Of a stretch of DNA of 5,858 bases, positions 1 to 5,807 are shown in pieces (position 1 is the first letter of the stretch; every line of letters begins with the position of its first letter). The notes below the pieces were generated by a model. The model had not been told where the DNA came from. It saw only the letters and a program-made list of their open reading frames with translations, and searched no databases. Location: positions 1 to 5,858 of the forward strand of contig CAZPUN010000010.1 of assembly GCA_964589775.1 (NCBI GenBank), written 5' to 3'. This DNA comes from an uncultured archaeon. Lineage in GTDB: Archaea; Asgardarchaeota; Thorarchaeia; Thorarchaeales; CAZPUN01. The position numbers and the translations under genes are program-made.

Positions 1-162
1 TCACTCTGGAATTCTTCACTTGTAAAGAATTTAAGAGCGCGTATCAAGAAGATTGGAAATTTGGATAAATGTATTCAAGAACGGTCTTGTAAGAATATGA
101 CATGCCCATTATACGACAAATCCGGACTTTTATTCTGCCTAGATAGTCGTAGCGGTGTCTAA
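1..162 (+). CDS. 3' end of a Cys-rich protein, probably a radical SAM/SPASM-domain protein (truncated by the window edge)
   Basis: Frame +1 is open from base 1 to TAA at 160-162: SLWNSSLVKNLRARIKKIGNLDKCIQERSCKNMTCPLYDKSGLLFCLDSRSGV*. The 'WNS....LR' segment followed by C-x5-C-x4-C-x10-C resembles the C-terminal half of SPASM auxiliary Fe-S domains. It is absent from the ORF track because the start lies outside the window. Confidence 0.6.
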   Translation, partial: SLWNSSLVKNLRARIKKIGNLDKCIQERSCKNMTCPLYDKSGLLFCLDSRSGV

Positions 163-186
163 TGCCGCTATGACTCTTATTTTTCT
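145..186 (+). terminator. Hairpin plus T-tract terminator overlapping the upstream stop codon
   Basis: AGTCGTAGCGGTGT (145-158) pairs with ATGCCGCTATGACT (162-175), a 14-bp stem with 3 G-U pairs and a CTA loop, followed by CTTATTTTTCT. Confidence 0.6.
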
Positions 187-206
187 ATATGTTTATGAAT
201 TATATA

Positions 207-214
207 TTTATATA
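207..214 (+). promoter_or_regulatory. Archaeal TATA box for the membrane-protein pair
   Basis: TTTATATA matches the archaeal TATA consensus and lies about 50 nt upstream of the strong SD at 261-269. The region is AT-rich, so other boxes are possible. Confidence 0.45.
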
Positions 215-260
215 GGAGCAGTTGTATATTAATTAAAAAGATTAATCTTTTTAAAACCCC

Positions 261-269
261 GAGGAGGTG
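261..269 (+). promoter_or_regulatory. Strong Shine-Dalgarno site GAGGAGGTG
   Basis: Near-perfect SD consensus in otherwise AT-rich DNA, 7 nt upstream of the in-frame ATT at 277. Confidence 0.8.
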
Positions 270-276
270 TCCTACA

Positions 277-597
277 ATTCAACTTGATACGTTAACAACC
301 ACAACTACAGAAATTGTAGTTATTATCCTGAGTTTTATAATTCTATTACTTTTGATTCGAATCGGTATGAATTATCCGGACAGTCTTAACATTGGTGTAA
401 GAGAAGTAATTATTGGTGCATTTTTCTTCATGCTACACGGTGTATTCGACTTTCTGGATTCATATACTGAAAAGCCTTTATCTACAAACTTTGACATTCT
501 GGACTCAATATTCGCGACATTGGGTTTGGTCATAATTCTATTTGGCATTATAAAAGCTGCAAGAATGACAACAGAAAAATTATCGGAGGGCGGCTAA
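277..597 (+). CDS. Small 3-TM membrane protein A (106 aa), probable ATT start; paralog of the next gene
   Basis: The frame of the 352..597 ORF is open upstream. Starting at ATT 277 gives MQLDTLTTTTTEIVVIILSFIILLLLIRIGMNYP..., which adds a complete first TM helix and matches the MQ..D N-terminus of the neighbouring paralog. Three hydrophobic segments: EIVVIILSFIILLLLI, VIIGAFFFMLHGVF, SIFATLGLVIILFGII. Confidence 0.8.
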   Translation: MQLDTLTTTTTEIVVIILSFIILLLLIRIGMNYPDSLNIGVREVIIGAFFFMLHGVFDFLDSYTEKPLSTNFDILDSIFATLGLVIILFGIIKAARMTTEKLSEGG

Positions 598-598
598 G

Positions 599-937
599 AT
601 GCAAATCATAGATCACTGGGTTGTGCCATATTGGCCTGATGTTATATTGGAAACTTCTACTTTAATAGCATATCTACTATTTCTAGTATTCCTACTTGTA
701 ATCATGCGAAAGAAATACCCACTTTTAAAAGCGAAAAGCATTACATGGATTATTGTTGCAGCAATCATTGGGGTCATTGCATCAGGTATGAACGTCTTTG
801 ATGAATTTGCATGGTTCACTCAATTTGGTTATTCCATGTGGAAAATAATCAAATCTGCGCTATTTGCATTATCGCTAGTCTTCATGACCTATGGATTCTA
901 TCTGTTTCAGAAATTAATAAAGAGACTTTTTGAATAG
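599..937 (+). CDS. Small 3-TM membrane protein B (112 aa)
   Basis: ATG lies 1 nt after the upstream TAA, with SD GGAGG at 585-589 inside the upstream gene (translational coupling). Three hydrophobic helices; basic loop RKKYPLLKAK and basic C-terminal tail suggest N-out/C-in topology. Confidence 0.88.
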   Translation: MQIIDHWVVPYWPDVILETSTLIAYLLFLVFLLVIMRKKYPLLKAKSITWIIVAAIIGVIASGMNVFDEFAWFTQFGYSMWKIIKSALFALSLVFMTYGFYLFQKLIKRLFE

Positions 938-969
938 ATTTTTATATTTCTTTTTTATTTTATTTTCTT
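938..969 (+). terminator. Oligo-T archaeal terminator, possibly overlapping a TATA element for the next gene
   Basis: ATTTTTATATTTCTTTTTTATTTTATTTTCTT directly follows the TAG stop and contains TTTATAT. Confidence 0.5.
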
Positions 970-996
970 GATTGTATGATCAGCGGTGTATCAATA

Positions 997-1803
997 ATGC
1001 TTCAATATGTACTAATAATTTCAGAATCAGGTATTAATTTAGTAAAATATGCCTCTCCAAAATATGAAGATTTCGAAATCAATGAACAGCTGTTTAGTGG
1101 ATTACTAACCGCAATAAAACAAATGGGCGACTCAATTGTTAAAAAATCCCTCGATATGATTAGTTTTGGCGATTATGATCTCTACTATCTAGAGCGAGAC
1201 AGACTAATTGTCGTTCTGATACCTCGTCCCGAGCTTGATAAGAAACGAATACCGCTGATTTTGAATGGAATAATCGATGATTTTGAGACGCAGTTTGGCA
1301 ATTTTGATCCTACAATAGATATGTTTCAAAGTTTCAGAGAACGTATAAAAATGTATGAATATCGTGAAGAATTATATAATGAGGCCATCAAGGTAGCTAA
1401 GAATTTTCCTGAAGGCGTCGTAGGTGTAGCTCGCAAAAAACTGGAAGAACTTGAAAAAGAGTTCAGCATGGAAGATGCACAAAAATTAATTCATGACTTT
1501 GGACTATTTGTAGGTCTTCGTATTAAAAACAAAAAGGACCGTGTAGAAACCCTAGACTGGGCTTTGAATGAAATTTCAGTAGCGGAAATTAAAAAAGGCA
1601 TGGTAATATTAGATATTTGTCCATTCTGTAGAGGACGACATACACATATTTCTGTTTGTAATTTTGCTACTGGTTTAATTGAAGGTATATTATCAGATCA
1701 AGACCCATCAGAAATTCTCAGTCATGAGCAATGCAAGGTTAAATATGTTGAAACATATTGTAAAGCGAAAGGCGATCCGACTTGTACTTTTATAGAAAGT
1801 TAA
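997..1803 (+). CDS. Longin-like domain + V4R (4-vinyl reductase/Bet3-like) domain fusion protein
   Basis: The N-terminal ~120 aa follow the Asgard longin pattern (YVLIISESGINL ... QLFSGLLTAIKQMGDSI ... LDMISFGDYDLYY ... LIVVLI ... LNGIIDDFETQF). The C-terminus has V4R hallmarks (FGLFVG ... CPFC ... VCNFATGLIEGIL ... VETYCKAKGDPTCTF). ATG 997 is preferred over 976 because GGTG at 985-988 is at SD distance and the longin beta-1 strand starts right after it. Confidence 0.85.
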   Translation: MLQYVLIISESGINLVKYASPKYEDFEINEQLFSGLLTAIKQMGDSIVKKSLDMISFGDYDLYYLERDRLIVVLIPRPELDKKRIPLILNGIIDDFETQFGNFDPTIDMFQSFRERIKMYEYREELYNEAIKVAKNFPEGVVGVARKKLEELEKEFSMEDAQKLIHDFGLFVGLRIKNKKDRVETLDWALNEISVAEIKKGMVILDICPFCRGRHTHISVCNFATGLIEGILSDQDPSEILSHEQCKVKYVETYCKAKGDPTCTFIES

Positions 1804-1824
1804 AAAAAGTAAACAAGAGTATAA

Positions 1825-3705
1825 TTAATCTCTGAATCTCTCTTTTATTGATTCAATATATTTTGTCATGAATGGTGACAATTTACCCTCATATTGTTTT
1901 ATAATTTCGTCGGCTTTTGTTCGTCCGTATTCTGAACCACTGGCATAGTAGAATTTAATTGCCTCAGGCATGATAAGATACTGCATTAACTGATTATCCG
2001 GAAACTTTTGAGCTGCTATTTCAATTCCAGAAGCGATTCGTTCCATCAAGCTTCTGCGAATTCCACTGTCCTTGGGCAGCCTAAGCAAAGTATAGCCAAG
2101 CGATTCAAGTAATGCGATATATATATGTGCATAATGATATGCATTGAGTGTCCAGAATTTTTCGATATTTTCTTCAGTGAATTTGTAAACCAATTTCGGA
2201 ATGTCTTTGCTGATTTCTCCGTTCTCCCAGAGTATTCGAGCCGTAGCTGCAAGAATTGATGATGCGGATGTGAAATACATATCTAGATTTTCTCTATTTG
2301 CTTTTCCAATTGATAAGATCCATTCGAGGGAGAATACTGCTTCATCTCTATGCTTTCGAGCAATTTCTTTGGCCTTATCAGCATGGAGTGAAAGTGCAAT
2401 GTTGATTATACTGCCAAGCGCAAAATAGACAAGGACAGCCTTATGTCGATTATCTCCCGGTGCTGCATTCTTTATGGTTGGAAAAATCTCTTCAGTCCAG
2501 AATCGCTCTAGTGTTTCAATGATATGCTGCCCATCTGATTCAGAAAGGTCCGGAAGTAGCAAGCCCCAGAAATTGTAAAAGAATATCAAATGTCCATAAA
2601 TGCTTTTTGCAATTGGATTCGTGGCCTTTTCGTAAAGGTTCTTAGCGATTGCAATTTGTTTTAGCCATGAGTCTATAGATTTCGGCTTGGCAAAGAATAT
2701 CTTAAGAACCTCAATCATTTCATAGTTGAATGCATACAGGTATTCAGATACACCGTCGAATTTGTTTTTAAGAATATGCAGGAGTTCAGTATCATAAGGT
2801 GGAGTTATGATAACTTGAAATACTTTACTGCGGATAGATTCTTCATTTATTAGTTCTTTTATTTTCTGTTTGTTCTTTATGGTGATTTCTCGAACATCGT
2901 TGTATGAACCTAACTTGATGAATCCATTTATTTTCGCGATCAGAATTTCTCTAAACAAATCATCGTTTATCTCAATTGCTGTACTGTAAATTTCATCCAA
3001 ACTCGGGGCTTTCACCTTCGGATCAAATGTATTAAGAATGAGCCCGGCATTGACATACAAGCTCTTGATGAGGTCCATGTTTTCTATGTCTTTTATATTT
3101 CCTTGTGTCAGCTCTATTACTTTTTGAAAGTTTCCCGAATAGGTCAATTGCAATAATTCCTCAATACTAGGTGGAGATCTGATTACTTTCTTAACCCGTG
3201 AGATTAAACTAAACTTGCTTCGAGAAGGTTTTACATCTTTTATTTTGAGCTTTGTGTCATCTCGGATACCATCGACAGCTTGAGAAACAGAAAGCGTAAG
3301 GCTCTTTATGAAATTGATGGATGGAGGGTTTTTTACCAAAAGTTCTTCGGCTTTTCTACTAATTTCCTTTATTATTTCACTATTTTCTATGACTACTTCC
3401 GTATCAATGTTATCTAAATTACTCTTGATAATTTCACCAAGGTTCTCTACAATTCGTGGAACTGTGTCATCTTCAATATCCGAAAAGAACACAACTGTGA
3501 ATTTCTCATATTTAATCAGATAAATGTGGAAGTTCTCCATTTCAATATGCTTTAAGTCTTGTTTTATGACTTCCTGTGAAAAACTATCAACTGCCGTCAG
3601 GAAGGGGGCCACTAGGTCTATCATACCTTTTTCAAAAATTGGTACAAGTTCCTTTTGTAATAATGGTATTCCTGACTTAAGTAAAACGCTATACCCAAGA
3701 ATCAA
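1825..3705 (-). CDS. N-terminal longin-like domain + large alpha-helical (TPR/solenoid-like) region, 626 aa
   Basis: TTG start with SD AGGTGA 5 nt upstream (3711-3716, - strand). The N-terminus (YSVLLKSGIPLL ... DLVAPFLTAVDSFSQEV ... LKHIEMENFHIYL ... FTVVFFSD) parallels the longin domain of the convergent gene. The remaining ~450 aa are Ala/Leu/Ile/Tyr-rich amphipathic helices with no enzyme motif that I recognise. Confidence 0.8.
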   Translation of the reverse strand: MILGYSVLLKSGIPLLQKELVPIFEKGMIDLVAPFLTAVDSFSQEVIKQDLKHIEMENFHIYLIKYEKFTVVFFSDIEDDTVPRIVENLGEIIKSNLDNIDTEVVIENSEIIKEISRKAEELLVKNPPSINFIKSLTLSVSQAVDGIRDDTKLKIKDVKPSRSKFSLISRVKKVIRSPPSIEELLQLTYSGNFQKVIELTQGNIKDIENMDLIKSLYVNAGLILNTFDPKVKAPSLDEIYSTAIEINDDLFREILIAKINGFIKLGSYNDVREITIKNKQKIKELINEESIRSKVFQVIITPPYDTELLHILKNKFDGVSEYLYAFNYEMIEVLKIFFAKPKSIDSWLKQIAIAKNLYEKATNPIAKSIYGHLIFFYNFWGLLLPDLSESDGQHIIETLERFWTEEIFPTIKNAAPGDNRHKAVLVYFALGSIINIALSLHADKAKEIARKHRDEAVFSLEWILSIGKANRENLDMYFTSASSILAATARILWENGEISKDIPKLVYKFTEENIEKFWTLNAYHYAHIYIALLESLGYTLLRLPKDSGIRRSLMERIASGIEIAAQKFPDNQLMQYLIMPEAIKFYYASGSEYGRTKADEIIKQYEGKLSPFMTKYIESIKERFRD

Positions 3706-3797
3706 CTATTTCACCTTACCACAAATTTTTACGAAATAATCTACGAATTTTTATGAATATTAATGTATCCTTAAACAATAAAAAGTCTTCTAGAAAA

Positions 3798-3818
3798 TTT
3801 ATATAGAAAAAAAGAAAA
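3798..3818 (-). terminator. Oligo-T terminator of the ATPase gene next to a TATA-like element for the longin-solenoid gene
   Basis: On the - strand, TTTTCTTTTTTTCTATATAAA begins about 12 nt after the ATPase stop codon. Confidence 0.45.
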
Positions 3819-3830
3819 GGACTGAAGATT

Positions 3831-5429
3831 TTATTCAACTAATGCTTTCAAAATTTCATTCACCATTGAAAGCGTACTTTCATCTGGCATATTGCTCATT
3901 GACGATTCTGCAAGCTTCAATGCTTCATCCTGATTTACTTTAACGGGTATGACTTTGCCACCCAATTCTTGTATGATCTGCTCAAATTTTGCTCCGGTGG
4001 TCTTCTTGGGAATAACGATAATGCCTCTAGATGCTTTTCCTTGCTCAATTACTTTCTTGAGTCTCTTCGTTCCATAGAATGCAGCTACACCACCACTGCG
4101 GTCCCAATTCTTAACGTTAGGCACTTCAACTGCGACCTTAACTTCTCGATCTGCTTGCTTTACACTGATGATCGCTGCGACATCCTGCTTGCCCTTTTTG
4201 TCTTCAGGGCTTAATAGAAGACTTACATCTACTCCGACTCCACGTGCAGCCCATTCAAGAGCTTTTGTAATTGCATGTGCAACAACTGTAGGCGTAAGCT
4301 TAATTACATAATCTTTTTGTGGTTCTTTTTCTATTATCTTCTTGCCAAAGAGCTTCTCATCGAGTTTATCGATTAGTAGACGAATTGCTTCTCGGGGATT
4401 CCCTTTTGATCGTTCGATGACAAATTCAAAATCATCTTCCTTTAAGGGGAATAATTCATCTTCGGGTCCATCAATATTATTCTCTTCCCAGTATATTTCC
4501 ATCGCCTTTTTGTAAAATTCGATTATGTGCTCCTTGTTGAATTTCTCCAGTTCCACCGGTCGCTCCATTCGTGATTTAGTAGGAGCATCCATAAGTCCAT
4601 AAATACGGTCCCAAATTTCTTTTAGACATGATGCTACAATTATTACATTCTTAGTTTCATTATATATGCGTTTTAAGTTCTCAAGGAATCGGACTTCGGC
4701 TTCTTTCCCGTATGTATTGAATGGGCCTTCCATTTCATCGATGAATAAAACAACCGGACGATCTATCATCTCAGTCAATACTTTAAGAGCTGCTAGAGAA
4801 ATATCATCCTCTTCAATAAGTGTTTTGACACCGAGAATTTCCATTTCCTCATCTGATAGGGCAGCACCAAGCAACCAACGACGCGCAAGCGACCTGACTT
4901 CCTCATCACCAAAATTATATGCCAAAATAGAACGAACAACATCAGAAGCAAGTCCCGGATAATCAGCAATCACTTTATTCAGCGCATCATTAACTTCATA
5001 TCGCTTGATGAAAATTCCTTTCTTCTTGATCCCATACTTTTCTTCTAATTTTTCGCCCACTTCTTTGAATATCCAGTTTGCAGTCTCATCTACAAGACAT
5101 GAATAAATATGTAATATGTTCCTAATTGGAGATGGTGGTGAAGGTACATAAACAGCGCTAAAATCTTCGTCTTCCTCACGGTCCTTCAAAACCCAGAAAA
5201 AGTGTGTCTTTCCCATACCTGCTGAGCCTAAGATCGGCTGGAGCCTTGACGTTTTATCTGTATGTGTGTTACGTATCGCTCTCGATACTACACGGTCAGC
5301 TTCAAGATGTGGTCCCGGAACATCAATCTCATCAGGTATATCTCCTCTGGATACATATCGCTTTAAAGGCGGATTTTCTTTCAAAATTTCAAAATACATC
5401 TCATATGTTTCATCATGCTCCTCAGTCAT
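3831..5429 (-). CDS. AAA+ P-loop ATPase (BrxD/DUF2791-like) with a C-terminal restriction-endonuclease-like domain, probably inactive
   Basis: Walker A GSAGMGKT (5205-5228), Walker B VVLFIDEME (LFIDEME at 4728-4748), candidate sensor-1 IIVASC, candidate Arg finger TKSRM and GNPREAI lid. The helical insert ARRWLLG-x-x-L-x3-E-x3-LGV resembles BrxD/DUF2791-type ATPases. The C-terminal alpha/beta domain contains KVAVEVP and RGIIVIP strands. Confidence 0.85.
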   Translation of the reverse strand: MTEEHDETYEMYFEILKENPPLKRYVSRGDIPDEIDVPGPHLEADRVVSRAIRNTHTDKTSRLQPILGSAGMGKTHFFWVLKDREEDEDFSAVYVPSPPSPIRNILHIYSCLVDETANWIFKEVGEKLEEKYGIKKKGIFIKRYEVNDALNKVIADYPGLASDVVRSILAYNFGDEEVRSLARRWLLGAALSDEEMEILGVKTLIEEDDISLAALKVLTEMIDRPVVLFIDEMEGPFNTYGKEAEVRFLENLKRIYNETKNVIIVASCLKEIWDRIYGLMDAPTKSRMERPVELEKFNKEHIIEFYKKAMEIYWEENNIDGPEDELFPLKEDDFEFVIERSKGNPREAIRLLIDKLDEKLFGKKIIEKEPQKDYVIKLTPTVVAHAITKALEWAARGVGVDVSLLLSPEDKKGKQDVAAIISVKQADREVKVAVEVPNVKNWDRSGGVAAFYGTKRLKKVIEQGKASRGIIVIPKKTTGAKFEQIIQELGGKVIPVKVNQDEALKLAESSMSNMPDESTLSMVNEILKALVE

Positions 5430-5657
5430 TTCATCTCACTTCTCAAAAATGATGTTGATTACTATTATGTGTTAATGCCTTTTATGATTTTAGATTAAAA
5501 TATTTTTGAAATTTTTCTCTCTTCAAAATTGATCCTGTAATATATTTATTCTAATTAAGCTGCAAGAAGCATCGCTTTAGGAAGCAGCAATAAACTGTCT
5601 GAATGTTTTCAAAAGTATAAAACATATAATGTGAATTCACGCAATTTGAGAGTCTAG

Positions 5658-5807
5658 ATGGGTTGCGACTTGAATATACACGGCACATCCAAAATCATCA
5701 GAAAAATTGGAGCGATTACCAAATCGCCCTCATCGGGCAGCATGAGTATGTGCAAAAATGGCTACCACAAGGTATTCTATACACAGAACCCACATATCCT
5801 AATGTGA
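5658..5807 (+). CDS. Possible small ORF (49 aa, MGCDLNIHG...), unverified
   Basis: ATG 5658 to TGA 5807, preceded by AAAAG-TATAAAA (5611-5622, BRE/TATA-like) and GAGAG. No recognisable motif; a competing overlapping open frame exists (5630-5836). Confidence 0.2.
   Translation: MGCDLNIHGTSKIIRKIGAITKSPSSGSMSMCKNGYHKVFYTQNPHILM

Noticed and set aside
352-597. ORF-track start at TTG 352 (81 aa)
   Set aside because: It falls at the end of a TM helix, has no SD, and truncates the alignment to the paralog; ATT 277 fits better.
613-819. 68-aa minus-strand ORF
   Set aside because: Antisense shadow of membrane protein B with no motif.
976-996. ORF-track start at ATG 976
   Set aside because: It is preceded only by the T-tract, whereas ATG 997 has an SD-like GGTG and begins the longin domain. 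Not fully excluded.
2046-3739. Short ORFs 2046-2252(-), 2201-2428(+), 3308-3523(+), 3524-3739(+)
   Set aside because: All overlap the 626-aa gene; their Ser/Phe/Ile-rich or motif-free composition is typical of antisense or off-frame shadows.
3831-5429. Calling a BREX defence system or assigning the symbol brxD or cdc6
   Set aside because: Only family-level resemblance. No pglX, pglZ, brxC or helicase is in the window, and no Cdc6-type winged-helix C-terminus is apparent.
3969-5475. Short + strand ORFs 3969-4214, 4666-4962, 5204-5452, 5266-5475
   Set aside because: Antisense shadows of the ATPase, which has intact Walker motifs.
5559-5588. Weak nested hairpin GCTGC..AAGC-ATC-GCTT..GCAGC
   Set aside because: The stems are only 4-5 bp with large internal loops and no SECIS, K-turn or tRNA features; compatible with chance.
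5706-5736. Hammerhead-ribozyme-like core on the - strand (CCGATGA, 8-bp stem, CAAT)
   Set aside because: The core needs CUGANGA...GAAA. Here the catalytic G12 position is C and I found no convincing stems I and III.
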